Shown here: piece by piece, positions 38,794 to 49,114 of the stretch
Numbering within the stretch: position 1 is the stretch's first letter
Layout: every line of letters starts with the position of its first letter
Source: Candidatus Undinarchaeales archaeon
GTDB lineage: Archaea; SpSt-1190; JASMDC01
Direction: 5' to 3'
DNA length: 62,794 bases
NCBI GenBank assembly: GCA_030753015.1
Contig: JASMDC010000022.1
Location: 1 to 62,794, forward strand
Translations under genes and position numbers: made by a program
The notes under the pieces: model-generated
The model's database searches: none
The model's input: only the letters and a program-made list of their open reading frames with translations
Told to the model about the DNA's origin: nothing

Positions 38794-39366
38794 GTGTCAA
38801 TGGTGCGCGCGTTCATCGGTATCGGTCTGGAGCCCCTTGCCCCGGCCATCGAGGACGTGATTACACGGCTGCAGGGTGTGGGAGCCGACGCCAAGTTCGT
38901 GGAGCCTCGGAACCTCCATGTGAACCTAAAGTTCTTGGGCGACATCCCCGATGAACGGACGGGATCGCTGACCGACGTTCTCAGTGAGGTCGCAGGCCGG
39001 AACGCCCCCTTCACGCTCCATGTCCGCTCCACCGGTGTGTTCCCCAATCCACGACGTGTGCGGGTCGTGTGGCTAGGGCTCGAGCCCTCCCCAGCCCTGA
39101 GTGCTCTGCACGATGACATTGAGCAGGCGACCGAGGGACTGGGTTTCCGACGCGACACGAGGGGCTATCGATCTCACATCACCCTGGCGCGAGTGCGCAG
39201 CGGTAGGAACCGGGCAGAACTGGTCGAGGCCATCGAAAAACTGAATGCCGTGGACGTTGGTGAGCTCCCAGTGAAGGGATTCTCCCTGGTCCAGAGCACA
39301 CTCACACCACAGGGCCCTATCTATTCCCCGCTCTCCACCCACCAGCTTGATGGCCGAGAGGATTGA
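38794..39366 (+). CDS. thpR: RNA 2',3'-cyclic phosphodiesterase (2H family)
   Basis: Two 2H motifs (HVNLKFLG, HITLAR) and S.L...GP.Y. Confidence 0.92.
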   Translation: MSMVRAFIGIGLEPLAPAIEDVITRLQGVGADAKFVEPRNLHVNLKFLGDIPDERTGSLTDVLSEVAGRNAPFTLHVRSTGVFPNPRRVRVVWLGLEPSPALSALHDDIEQATEGLGFRRDTRGYRSHITLARVRSGRNRAELVEAIEKLNAVDVGELPVKGFSLVQSTLTPQGPIYSPLSTHQLDGRED

Positions 39367-39571
39367 GGTACCGCCGGTCGGCCACCGGGGGCTGTAGCTG
39401 CTCTGAGGCGTAGTACGACTTCATGAGGTCGTAGGAGTCCTTCCAGTACCTGTCCACGGGAGGTTCCTCTGGCTCGGGACCGATGAGATTATCATACCAC
39501 TGCCGTACCGCCAGCCCCAGTAGTACAAGGAACCCAATGTAGAAGATATACGCGGACAGTGCGTCAGGCAT
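39317..39571 (-). CDS. Small single-TM protein
   Basis: One TM; shares a TATATA box at ~39597-39604; 3' end overlaps thpR. Confidence 0.45.
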   Translation of the reverse strand: MPDALSAYIFYIGFLVLLGLAVRQWYDNLIGPEPEEPPVDRYWKDSYDLMKSYYASEQLQPPVADRRYLNPLGHQAGGWRAGNR

Positions 39572-39638
39572 ACCGTCGTGTCGAACACCGATAAAGTATA
39601 TATAATGAGGAGGGCTTCGGCCACGCGAGGGACACCCC

Positions 39639-40097
39639 ATGGTCTCCAAGGACGCTGTCATGACCGTTTTCGTGGTCTCAGTGGCCCTTGCACTCGGTGT
39701 CCAGTTCTATCGTGAGATCTATGTGGCCTACCTCGAGCCCGACCATGATAACGTGAGCACGAGCCCGCTAAACGACACGCGCCTCCAAGAACTGATCGCA
39801 CAGGACATGGTCATCCTGACATACTACTACCGCAACGATTGCCCCTCGTGCCGGGACCAGACACCGCTCATGGAGGATCTGGCCGACGGGATGAACGATA
39901 CGGTTCATCTGGTAAAGGTCAACGTAGCGTCCCATCCGAACGCGAACATCTCCTCTGTACCGGCCATCCGTATCGAGAGCCGTGGGGGGGAGATGTCCCT
40001 TGAAGGTGTCGTCAGCACCGGCATCATCGCCGGAGAGATCGTCAACCAGGTGAGGACGATGGAGAGGACGATACCCAATGCTACTCGTACATCATGA
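39639..40097 (+). CDS. Membrane-anchored thioredoxin family protein
   Basis: N-terminal TM, CPSC and SVPAI motifs. Confidence 0.82.
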   Translation: MVSKDAVMTVFVVSVALALGVQFYREIYVAYLEPDHDNVSTSPLNDTRLQELIAQDMVILTYYYRNDCPSCRDQTPLMEDLADGMNDTVHLVKVNVASHPNANISSVPAIRIESRGGEMSLEGVVSTGIIAGEIVNQVRTMERTIPNATRTS

Positions 40098-41079
40098 TGA
40101 TTACCTGGCCCATAATCCCGGGGCGTTCCATCCGGAGCGTCGCGCGCGACTTGAGGCAGCCATCACAGCGCTCAAGGAGCGGGGACTATGGGAGTTGTGC
40201 ACGGTCCTCTCTCCCGAGATGTGCACCCGGGACGACCTTCTCACCTGCCACGTGCCCGAGCTCGTGGACCTAATCGAGCGCCTCTCCCTGCAGGGCGGCG
40301 CCATAGACATGGACACACCCGTCCCGACGGGGACCCATGCTATCGCCTGCCGAGCCGTAGGCGGCGGCCTTCTCGCGGCCCGCGAAGCAGTGAAACGCGA
40401 CGAACCTACGTTCGCCCTCCTGCGCCCCCCGGGTCATCACTCCGAGCGTGCACGCGCATGCGGTTTCTGCTACTACAACAACGTGGCCATCGCCGCTCAG
40501 CGACTACTGGACGGGGGCCTGCAGCGGGTGCTCGTCCTTGACATCGACTGCCATCACGGGAACGGGACCCAGGACATCTTCTACAGCTCGCCCGATGTGT
40601 TCTACATATCCCTCCACCAGGACCCACGCACCCTCTTTCCCGGCAGCGGTTTCACCCACGAGACGGGACGGGGCGATGGCGTGGGCTTCACGGCGAACGT
40701 GCCCCTTCCCCCAGGCGCCGGGGACGCCGACTTTAGCTGGGCCTTCGACACGGTCTTCGGTAAGGTGTACGGCTCGTTCCGGCCCGATGCGGTCCTTGTG
40801 TCGGTGGGCCTGGACGCACATATCAACGATCCTCTCACGTCCCTTGAGGTCACCATCCCCACCTATCGACACATTACCAGGGAGCTCGTCCGTCGGACCA
40901 GGAAGCTGGCCTTCTTCCTCGAGGGCGGGTACGACCTGGGCGCCATGGGGAACGGTGTGGCCGCCATTGTAGCGGAGTGTCTCGATAAGCACGAGGACGA
41001 TACTGAAGATCCTGCCCAGGCATCCCCCGGCCCCCGCGTGAAGGAGACGGTCGAGGAGCTCCTGGAACAGCTCGACTGA
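40078..41079 (+). CDS. Histone deacetylase family protein
   Basis: HPE, RPPGHH, GFC..NN, DIDCHHGNGTQ and LEGGY motifs. Confidence 0.95.
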   Translation: MLLVHHDDYLAHNPGAFHPERRARLEAAITALKERGLWELCTVLSPEMCTRDDLLTCHVPELVDLIERLSLQGGAIDMDTPVPTGTHAIACRAVGGGLLAAREAVKRDEPTFALLRPPGHHSERARACGFCYYNNVAIAAQRLLDGGLQRVLVLDIDCHHGNGTQDIFYSSPDVFYISLHQDPRTLFPGSGFTHETGRGDGVGFTANVPLPPGAGDADFSWAFDTVFGKVYGSFRPDAVLVSVGLDAHINDPLTSLEVTIPTYRHITRELVRRTRKLAFFLEGGYDLGAMGNGVAAIVAECLDKHEDDTEDPAQASPGPRVKETVEELLEQLD

Positions 41080-41148
41080 GTCAGCTCCGCCACTCCATAG
41101 CACGCCGTCTCCCCTAGCCTTTTAAGCGTTCTTCAGGCCGTCCCCACA

Positions 41149-42834
41149 ATGGCACGCCCCATGTTCATGGAGGAGAAGCCTCTAGGCGATATTCACGCTT
41201 ACACCGGTACTGAGCTCCATTGCAGGACCTGGGACGCCGAGGCCGCTCTAAGGATGCTCATGAACAACCTGGATCCCCAGGTGGCGCTGGTCCCCGACCA
41301 GCTCATCGTGTACGGTGGCAGCGGTCGGGCCGCACGGAACTGGCGGGAGTTCAATCGCATCGTCCAGGCGCTCAAGGAGCTGGGGCCCGATGAGACCCTG
41401 TGCGTCCAGTCGGGCAAGCCCGTATACATCGCACCCAGCCATCCGGAGGCGCCCCGCGTCATCATCGCCAACTCTAATCTCGTGCCACGGTGGGCCACTC
41501 AGGAGTATTTCGATCGCATGGACCAGCTGGGGCTGACCATGTACGGCCAGATGACCGCCGGCTCCTGGATCTACATCGGCACCCAGGGCATTCTCCAGGG
41601 GACGTACGAGACGTTCGCTGCCATCGGTAAGAAGGACTTCAACAGCGACTCTCTGAAGGGGAAGTTCATCGTCACTGCGGGCATGGGGGCCATGAGCGGC
41701 GCACAACCCTTGGCCGGCACTATGAACGAGGCGGTCATCATTGACGTCGAGGTCCGACGTGAGCGCATCCAGCAGAAAGTGGACGAAGGCTACTGCGACC
41801 GAATCACTGACTCACTGGACGAGGCCCTGTCATGGGTGAACGAGGCCACCACCGCTGGCGAGCCCCTGTCCATCGGCCTTGTGGGGAACGCCGCCGAGGT
41901 ACTCCCCGAGCTCGTGCGCCGGGGCGTCACGCCCGACATCGTTACAGACCAGACGTCAGCGCACGACCTCCTCTCCTACGTTCCGCCCGGCCCCCTCGAC
42001 GAGGTCGACCGGCTGCAGGAGGAGGATCCCGTCGAGTACCGAAAGAGGTCGCTCGCGGCCATCTGTGCCCACACCGAGGCCATCATGGCCATGCAAGAGG
42101 CGGGTGCTGTGGCCGTGGACTATGGCAACAACCTTCGCGGCCAGGCCGAGCTCGGTGGTTCCAAGGTGCGCAAGGAGGACGGCTCTTTCGTGTACCCGGG
42201 ATTCGTGCCCGCCTACATCCGCCCGCTGTTCTGCGAAGGGAAGGGTCCCTTCCGGTGGGCAGCGCTCTCGGGCGATCCCGAGGACCTGGAGGTCATCGAC
42301 GACGCGCTGTTCAAGATGTTCCCAGACGACAAGCCGCTCCACCGCTGGATCACCATGGCACGCGAGCGTGTCCCCGTCCTTGGGCTGCCCACGCGCATCT
42401 GCTGGCTCGGTTACGGTGACCGTGCCCGGTTCGGGCTGGAGATCAACCGTCTGGTCGGTACCGGTGAGGTGAAGGCGCCCATCGTCATCGGGAGGGACCA
42501 CCTGGACTGCGGCTCGGTCGCTTCCCCTAACCGCGAGACTGAGGGGATGAAGGACGGCTCGGACGCCATCGGCGATTGGCCGCTGCTGAACTTCGCCCTC
42601 AACACCCTCAATGGTGCGTCATGGGTGTCGTTCCACCACGGGGGTGGTGTGGGCATCGGTAATTCCCTACATGCTGGCATGGTCATCGTGGCCGACGGGA
42701 CGCCTGAGCGCGCCAAGCGGCTCGAGCGTGTGCTCTCCGTTGATCCGGGGATCGGCGTCGCCCGACACGTGGACGCCGGGTACGACATCGCAATCACAAC
42801 AGCTCGGGAAAAGGGGATAAAGATCCCTAAGTAG
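41149..42834 (+). CDS. hutU: Urocanate hydratase
   Basis: [22 protein letters not shown] and HHGGGVG motifs. Confidence 0.97.
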   Translation: MARPMFMEEKPLGDIHAYTGTELHCRTWDAEAALRMLMNNLDPQVALVPDQLIVYGGSGRAARNWREFNRIVQALKELGPDETLCVQSGKPVYIAPSHPEAPRVIIANSNLVPRWATQEYFDRMDQLGLTMYGQMTAGSWIYIGTQGILQGTYETFAAIGKKDFNSDSLKGKFIVTAGMGAMSGAQPLAGTMNEAVIIDVEVRRERIQQKVDEGYCDRITDSLDEALSWVNEATTAGEPLSIGLVGNAAEVLPELVRRGVTPDIVTDQTSAHDLLSYVPPGPLDEVDRLQEEDPVEYRKRSLAAICAHTEAIMAMQEAGAVAVDYGNNLRGQAELGGSKVRKEDGSFVYPGFVPAYIRPLFCEGKGPFRWAALSGDPEDLEVIDDALFKMFPDDKPLHRWITMARERVPVLGLPTRICWLGYGDRARFGLEINRLVGTGEVKAPIVIGRDHLDCGSVASPNRETEGMKDGSDAIGDWPLLNFALNTLNGASWVSFHHGGGVGIGNSLHAGMVIVADGTPERAKRLERVLSVDPGIGVARHVDAGYDIAITTAREKGIKIPK

Positions 42835-42844
42835 AGTGTGCATC

Positions 42845-43471
42845 ATGGCCGGTCGAGGGAAGATCGAACAGCTCATCTCAGTAGCTCTGGCCCTCGACGG
42901 CGCCGTGACCGTGGAGGCGTTGGCCCGGGTCCTCGAAGAGGAGCGGGCGGTCCCCCCAGGCTTGGGGACCGAGCGGGCCCGGGAGGGTCTCCGCCGGTAC
43001 GCCAGCCGCCACGGTTTGAGACATGTGAAGCTGGGAGCGGAGCGTATCTACGCCCGCCGCGATGCTGACGATGATGACCTCAGGGCAGCCTTCCAGGCCT
43101 CGCTCCTCCGTCGAGTGCGCTCTGATCCCGGGGGGCTCGGGTTGGCGATGAAGGCCTGCGCCTGCGTGCTCCCGCATCTCGTCCAGCGCACATTCTCCTA
43201 CGAGGATGGCTATCTCTTCCGACGGACCCGTCCCGAGCGAGCTGCCCTCGGCGTGGAGACACGCAGGGTGTTCTCCCAGGGACTGGAGATGCTCGAGGCC
43301 CTGGGATACCTACGCCTGTTCGAGGTGGGTGGGCAGCGGTTTGCTGCATCCCCTAACCTCGACAAGGGTTCCGTTGTGGAGCGTCACCTCATGGGTGTCG
43401 CTCTGGACGCTGCACGGGAACGCCTGGAGCATGAGATGGACCGGCTGGGGCTCATCGAGCCCCTTGAGTAG
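42845..43471 (+). CDS. Hypothetical protein (possible winged-helix domains)
   Basis: Follows hutU by 10 nt; LE.LEALGYL pattern. Confidence 0.55.
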   Translation: MAGRGKIEQLISVALALDGAVTVEALARVLEEERAVPPGLGTERAREGLRRYASRHGLRHVKLGAERIYARRDADDDDLRAAFQASLLRRVRSDPGGLGLAMKACACVLPHLVQRTFSYEDGYLFRRTRPERAALGVETRRVFSQGLEMLEALGYLRLFEVGGQRFAASPNLDKGSVVERHLMGVALDAARERLEHEMDRLGLIEPLE

Positions 43472-43572
43472 GCTGGTTCGGCCTCTGCTCCGGGCGCCCC
43501 GCTACGGGTGTCCTTAGGTATGGAGCGGTCTTATGGTCAAGCTACCACCTCCGTTCGGGATCCACACTCGTT

Positions 43573-43857
43573 TCAGGTGTTTGGCATGCGCCTGAGGCGC
43601 CCCGAGGCGGTCTTTACCCACCGGCTCGCGAGTCGGCGCTCAATCTCGTACAATACGACGGACTCGTCGGTCCCCACCACGTCCTTGATTAGGGTGAGGG
43701 CCGCGTAGAGGCCCGTTACCGGGACGGCGTCAGCCCCTTGGACAGCCGCGGTCACGGAATACGGCACCACTGTGAATCCGCACGCATCGACGCAGTCGAC
43801 GTCCACCACACCGGGCGGCAGGAGCGGTTTCAACAGTCTTATTGCCATTTTTTTCAT
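43573..43857 (-). CDS. Small hypothetical protein
   Basis: AAGGAG RBS and TTTATATA box upstream. Confidence 0.5.
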   Translation of the reverse strand: MKKMAIRLLKPLLPPGVVDVDCVDACGFTVVPYSVTAAVQGADAVPVTGLYAALTLIKDVVGTDESVVLYEIERRLASRWVKTASGRLRRMPNT

Positions 43858-44023
43858 CTCCTTTGCTTTTCTTATGCTTTTTCTGGTCGAACTTTAATCA
43901 TATATAAATGTTGTGTTTTACACACATTAACTCCTCGCAAGACGTCATAACGATGATATGTCCCTTATTAAGGGATATTCCATGTGCGCCAAACGATGTA
44001 AATGGGCCCGAGTGCCCTCTTTC

Positions 44024-45670
44024 TCACGCCCCGACTACGTCCTTTCCCTCAAGGAGCCCCGCAGACAGTCGCAAGCACAATATCGCGGCGGCCATGAACG
44101 TCACGAGCGAGATCCAGAGCAGGAGCGGTATGTCGTCGATGAACAGTCCTGCCACACGTGAGAATGCCAGGAGGGTGATAAGGTACTGGGCGATATACAG
44201 CACGGTCGCCAGGGGATTGGCAAGGAACCGTGAGACATAGGCGGGGGATATCAGGTTCACCAGGATGGCCATCGCTGCTGAGTAGGCGATGTTTGCTACT
44301 CCTACGGCCAGCGCCAGCAGGACATATGCTGGATTGACCGTCCCCAGCACGGTGAGCACTGTGGCCAATGACAGGAGGAAGGCTAGCGAGCCATTGTATG
44401 CAAGGAGCGCCAGGAAACGAGCGTGGACCACGTCGGAGCGACGTATGGGGAGCATGCGTATCAGCCATTCCTGGCGCGCCTCCACGGCGAAGCAGAACTC
44501 GGCGGCCGGCACGAAGATGAACCAGATCGCCAGGAACTGGATGTAGGTCGCGATGAAGAGCGTCACCTCTGGCTCAGAGAACCGGGCGAATAGATGCAAG
44601 TAGAGGGTGTTTACAGCCATGATGCCAGTGAACACCACGAATGGGACGACCAACTGTAGCTGGTACGCATGTGTGCGGGAGAGCACAAGGAGGTCCTTGT
44701 GCACGAGCTCGGCGAAGGGAGTAGTGCGCCAGCTGCGGGGGAGGGCGAGTTCGCCCCACCGGGACGACCTGAGCGCCCTGATCATGTACTGGGTGCGGAG
44801 GTGTACGAACTCGTAGTCGAACATCTTACCTGATAGGACCGCGGCGGCCACAAGGAAGAGCGTGCCCTCCACGACCAAGAGCGCGAAGTAGGAAGTGAAT
44901 CCCATCCACTGTCCTGCGAACAATGCGAGCGTGGCCTCGGCAGCGGCCGTGGACGGCAGGAGCCACACGTCGTTGAGAAGACCCACCAAGTACCCCACTG
45001 CAGGGACCACCAGCATACCCCGGGCCCTGAGTACCACCGGGAGGAAGAGGGATACTACCGCCAGGACGAGGACCAAGCGGCGGATCCCCGTCAAGTGCCG
45101 TCGCCGGGAGGTAAGCAGGCGGTCCATGAGGAGGTCAACGAGGTATCGTACTGCCTCCGCGGTGAAGTAGAACGCCCAGAAGAGGAGCAGGAACGGTAGC
45201 GCGATGTCCAGCCTTCCCGGTGCTGCTGCAAGGGCGAATACAAGCGCGACCGGTGCGAACGTCACCGCTTCCACTCCTACTTCAACCGCGAACCGTGAGA
45301 GGAACCTGTCGCGGTTCGTCAGGGGAAGAGCGTGGAGGATGTCCATATCGGAGCGTACGAAGAGCCGCATACTACCCAGCAATCCCTCCAGCACGCTCAT
45401 GGCCAGTACGAGGTGATAGACTATCCCGGCGACCGTTAACGGGGCCACGCGTCCGGCGAGGCCCTCGGCCAAGTGCTCGAAGGTACCCCGTACCATCCCG
45501 TAGAACATGAGAAGAAACACCATGTACGGGATGATTAGCATCGAACGCCTGCGGGCCTGGTGGGCCAAGTTCCGAAGGTCGGTGACTGTCAGGAGGGTCA
45601 CCGCGTCCCAACCCGGCGACACCCGCTTCGGATCGCCGTCCCGGTCCCCGGTGGAGCGGGAGTCGTTCAT
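44024..45670 (-). CDS. ABC-2-type exporter permease
   Basis: Many TMs with twofold internal pattern (D.L..LP / E...W.IR.LP); ATGA overlap with the ATPase gene. Confidence 0.8.
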   Translation of the reverse strand: MNDSRSTGDRDGDPKRVSPGWDAVTLLTVTDLRNLAHQARRRSMLIIPYMVFLLMFYGMVRGTFEHLAEGLAGRVAPLTVAGIVYHLVLAMSVLEGLLGSMRLFVRSDMDILHALPLTNRDRFLSRFAVEVGVEAVTFAPVALVFALAAAPGRLDIALPFLLLFWAFYFTAEAVRYLVDLLMDRLLTSRRRHLTGIRRLVLVLAVVSLFLPVVLRARGMLVVPAVGYLVGLLNDVWLLPSTAAAEATLALFAGQWMGFTSYFALLVVEGTLFLVAAAVLSGKMFDYEFVHLRTQYMIRALRSSRWGELALPRSWRTTPFAELVHKDLLVLSRTHAYQLQLVVPFVVFTGIMAVNTLYLHLFARFSEPEVTLFIATYIQFLAIWFIFVPAAEFCFAVEARQEWLIRMLPIRRSDVVHARFLALLAYNGSLAFLLSLATVLTVLGTVNPAYVLLALAVGVANIAYSAAMAILVNLISPAYVSRFLANPLATVLYIAQYLITLLAFSRVAGLFIDDIPLLLWISLVTFMAAAILCLRLSAGLLEGKDVVGA

Positions 45671-46416
45671 GCAGGCGTCTCCTCCTTCACGAGCTCTACG
45701 AACGCTCGTTCCAGATCGCCTCCGAAGCGCTTGGCTAGGGGGGCGGGCTGGTCCCGGGCTATCACTTTTCCCTTATTGAGCACGATCACATGATCGCACA
45801 CCTCCTCGGCCACGGAGGCGAGGTGAGTGGCGAGAAGCACGGCACGCTCATCGCGGCCGTCCATCAGCAGGTCCTTGACCATACGGGAAGTGGCCGGATC
45901 TAGGTTGATGAATGGCTCGTCCAGGATGAGCACCTCGGGATCGTGGATGAACACCGAGGCCAGGGCGACCCGCTGGCGGAACCCTTTGGACTGGTCGCCG
46001 ATGAGCTCGTCGGCCAGGTCCTCCAGTCCGAAGATCGCCATCCATCGCTCAAGGGCTTCATCGGTGATCCCGTCGTCCATACCGTACGCCCGACAGATGA
46101 AGCGAAGGAACTCCTCGGTGGTGAGGTTGTCGTAGAGGTCGAGCGACTCAGGAAGATAGCCGAGGGCGGCCTTGGCCTTGAGCGGTTCGCGCCATATGTC
46201 ATAGCTGATGATGAGCGTCTCTCCACGTGTGGGGCGCAGGATACCGGCCATCATTCGCATGGCAGTCGTCTTCCCCGCACCATTGGGACCGAGCAGGCCT
46301 GTTACAGAGCCGCGGGGGACTACGATAGCAATTTCGTCCACAACGGTCTTGTCTCCGAACCTCCGGGTGAGGCCTTGTGCATACAAAGAGGGATCGGAGT
46401 CGGCATCCTCGGCCAT
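45667..46416 (-). CDS. ABC transporter ATP-binding protein
   Basis: GPNGAGKTT, SKGFRQR signature, LDEPF and H-loop. Confidence 0.95.
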   Translation of the reverse strand: MAEDADSDPSLYAQGLTRRFGDKTVVDEIAIVVPRGSVTGLLGPNGAGKTTAMRMMAGILRPTRGETLIISYDIWREPLKAKAALGYLPESLDLYDNLTTEEFLRFICRAYGMDDGITDEALERWMAIFGLEDLADELIGDQSKGFRQRVALASVFIHDPEVLILDEPFINLDPATSRMVKDLLMDGRDERAVLLATHLASVAEEVCDHVIVLNKGKVIARDQPAPLAKRFGGDLERAFVELVKEETPA

Positions 46417-46514
46417 GGGCCCGGGTAGACACGCTTGCTTTAAGAAAGAGGCGGGTCTTGTCGGCCGCCCGGGGGGTTAGGGTAAAAAAGATTGCCCCAC
46501 TCACATCCCATCCC

Positions 46515-47720
46515 ATGCTCCACACCATGCCCGGAGCCGAGGCTGCGGCTGTCCTTTTCGCCTGGGCCTTGGCCATGGTGCTGGCCGTGGGAGGCAGGCA
46601 TGCGTTCTACCGGGCCCTTCGGGAGGTCCCACGATCCACTTGGACGGTACTTGCGTTCCTCACGGCCCTGGCGCTCGTAGTGAGGCTCGGGGCTCCTGAT
46701 GTCTATTCGCTCATGGAGCGGGACCACCTCGGGATGCTCCAGGGACGGACCGTCCTCCTCCGCCACACGAACGCGTACTGCGACTACGACAAGAGCGGTC
46801 AGGAGATCTTCGCCCAATTCCTTCCTTCCTCCAGTGTCGATTGTCCGACCCTACGCACGGACGGGAGAACTGCCGGGTACCCGAGCACCCTGGCCCTGGT
46901 GTTCGCCCTGACAGGCACTTCAGTCACCACGGCACGCGCCGTATCCCTTATTGCGTCATTGCTGACGGTCCCCGGAGCGTTCGTGCTAACTTTCCTGATA
47001 CTCGGTAACCAAGGTGCGGCATTGCTCGCAAGCGCATCCCTGGTCCTTATGCCCCTCCATGTTGCTGTTGCCACGGCCGCAGCCGACCCCTCGCTCTCCC
47101 TGTTCCTCCAGGTCCTCACGCTCGTCTCTCTATCGGCATCGCTGCGCACGTCCTCGCGTATGCTGGCGGGCCTGTCCGTGGCGTCCCTGGCGCTTGCGGC
47201 CAATCTTACAAGTGAGAACCTCCTCCTCATCGTCCCTGTAATCGCCCTGATCGCTAGCAAAGAAGAGAAGAGCAGATCAATCACACCAATATCGCTCGCC
47301 GCATTCCTCCTCGCCCTCACGCTCCCATTGCTAGTCCATATCGCCATCGACAGTACGCGGGAAGGCCCACAATCGTCCGGCGACCTTCAGATGCGGACCG
47401 ACGAGCTGGCGCGACTGATGGGCTCATCAGAGGACAGGTGGGCGTCGGAGGACCGCTACCTCCTCCGCAACATCCATGCCCCGATGACCGCAGTGACCGC
47501 GCTCGTGGGGCTTGCGGTGATTGGTTGGCATGCCTTGGCCCCGGTCCTCCTCTGGTGGGCGCCCTTGGCCGCATATTCGGTGTATTCACTGTATAGTCCT
47601 GAGACGTTCCTCGGTATGTACGCGCCCTTGGTACCCGTATCGGGAGTAGGGCTCGCCTCGATATGCTCGATGCTGTTCCCTGAGTACTTCGGGAGCGAGG
47701 GAGGCGGTGATGGGCTATGA
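46515..47720 (+). CDS. GT-C fold membrane glycosyltransferase-like protein (ArnT/PMT-like)
   Basis: Polytopic; GYP, AR.VS and A..L...PL.V patterns; coupled to the radical SAM gene. Confidence 0.65.
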   Translation: MLHTMPGAEAAAVLFAWALAMVLAVGGRHAFYRALREVPRSTWTVLAFLTALALVVRLGAPDVYSLMERDHLGMLQGRTVLLRHTNAYCDYDKSGQEIFAQFLPSSSVDCPTLRTDGRTAGYPSTLALVFALTGTSVTTARAVSLIASLLTVPGAFVLTFLILGNQGAALLASASLVLMPLHVAVATAAADPSLSLFLQVLTLVSLSASLRTSSRMLAGLSVASLALAANLTSENLLLIVPVIALIASKEEKSRSITPISLAAFLLALTLPLLVHIAIDSTREGPQSSGDLQMRTDELARLMGSSEDRWASEDRYLLRNIHAPMTAVTALVGLAVIGWHALAPVLLWWAPLAAYSVYSLYSPETFLGMYAPLVPVSGVGLASICSMLFPEYFGSEGGGDGL

Positions 47721-49111
47721 GCGCGCGTCGCGCACTCCTCATAAACCCTCCCGTTCCTTCCCGCAGATTTGCAGGTAGGGAGGGACGTTGTACCGGGGAA
47801 GGGCAGGTGGAGCTGCTGACCTTGGTCCCCCTGAGCCTTATCTATCCTGCGGCCGTGCTCGAACGACGAGGTTGGATTGCGGAGGTGCGTGACGGTGTCG
47901 CCAACCCGCTCGGTGAGCTGAACGCAGCTGACCTCGTGCTCATCAACGTATCCCCGACCACCTATGAGGACGACATGGCGCTGGTCAGGAGCATGAAGGA
48001 CGAAGCCCCGGACGCCCATGTAACAGTGACGGGCACACTACCGACAGCGCACCCTGCACGGCTCCTGGCGGACGGTGCCGACTCTGTCCTCCTTGGTGAG
48101 ATCGAGGGCACTGTGGACGAGCTGGCCGCTCGATTGGAGGGCGGGCGTTCCCCCGCTGGCATCCCCGGACTCGTGGTGGGAGGGTCCGATGGGAAGATCA
48201 TTAACGGCCCCAGGCGGTCTTTCCTTGAGCTGGATGCTCTCCCATATCCCGCGCGTCACCTCATCGACCTCGATAAATACCGGTTCGTGTTCACCGGTGA
48301 ACGTTACACCACGGTTCTGGCCGGGCGGGGATGCCCCCACCAGTGCTCGTTCTGCACAGCGCCCCTGCTCTACGGGAGACGCGCCCGGTACCGCGATCCG
48401 GCAGCGATCGTCGAGGAGGTGGCCCACGTTGTCCGCGAGCTGGACATCCCCACCGTTGCATTCTACGCCGACACCTTCACCCAGGACCGGCGGTTCGTGC
48501 TCGACCTGTGCCAACGCCTTGTGGCCGAGGACCTCGACGTCGGCTGGACCTGCAACGCACGGGTCGACACCGTGGACGCCGAGATGCTTACGGCCATGAA
48601 ACGGGCCGGGTGCAGATACATCTTCTACGGTCTGGAGTCAGGCTCACCCGAGGTGCTCAGTGCCTGCAGCAAGGGCATCACACCCGACCAGGTCCGAGAG
48701 GCGGCCAAGCTCACCCGTGAGGCGGGGCTGGAGGTCGTGTTCTCGGCCATGGTGGGGCTGCCTGGGGAGACCCGGGAGACGGTACGCCAGACCCTGGACC
48801 TCATCATCGAGGTGGACGCGGACTACTGCTCCTTCTTCGTTGCCTCACCCTATGAGGGCACCACCTTTCACGAGGACGTGACGCAGAGCGGTAATCTGGC
48901 AGGCGATACCATGGACGAACGCCATGCTGCAGTGCGCACAGATGCCCTCACGCCCGAGGATATCGAGGAACTGGCGGACGAGGCGTTCCGCACGTTCATC
49001 CTCAGACCCAGGGTGTTCGCCCGAGAAGCCATGAAGGTAGTGCGAGAGCGCCGCTTGGACGAGGTCCGTGTGGGACTGGGGATGCTCCGGGATATGGTCC
49101 TGGGACGGTAG
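47717..49111 (+). CDS. Cobalamin-binding radical SAM protein (class B methyltransferase-like)
   Basis: N-terminal B12 domain (PL.L.Y.AA, G..PT, GE.E), RGCPHQCSFC, GLESGS and G.PGET motifs. Confidence 0.92.
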   Translation: MSARRALLINPPVPSRRFAGREGRCTGEGQVELLTLVPLSLIYPAAVLERRGWIAEVRDGVANPLGELNAADLVLINVSPTTYEDDMALVRSMKDEAPDAHVTVTGTLPTAHPARLLADGADSVLLGEIEGTVDELAARLEGGRSPAGIPGLVVGGSDGKIINGPRRSFLELDALPYPARHLIDLDKYRFVFTGERYTTVLAGRGCPHQCSFCTAPLLYGRRARYRDPAAIVEEVAHVVRELDIPTVAFYADTFTQDRRFVLDLCQRLVAEDLDVGWTCNARVDTVDAEMLTAMKRAGCRYIFYGLESGSPEVLSACSKGITPDQVREAAKLTREAGLEVVFSAMVGLPGETRETVRQTLDLIIEVDADYCSFFVASPYEGTTFHEDVTQSGNLAGDTMDERHAAVRTDALTPEDIEELADEAFRTFILRPRVFAREAMKVVRERRLDEVRVGLGMLRDMVLGR

Positions 49112-49114
49112 GGA

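Noticed and set aside
40078-42834. HDAC acting as the missing HutG in a hut operon
   Set aside because: hutU has its own TATA-like box at ~41120 and the HDAC is coupled to a thioredoxin gene instead; only proximity supports the idea.
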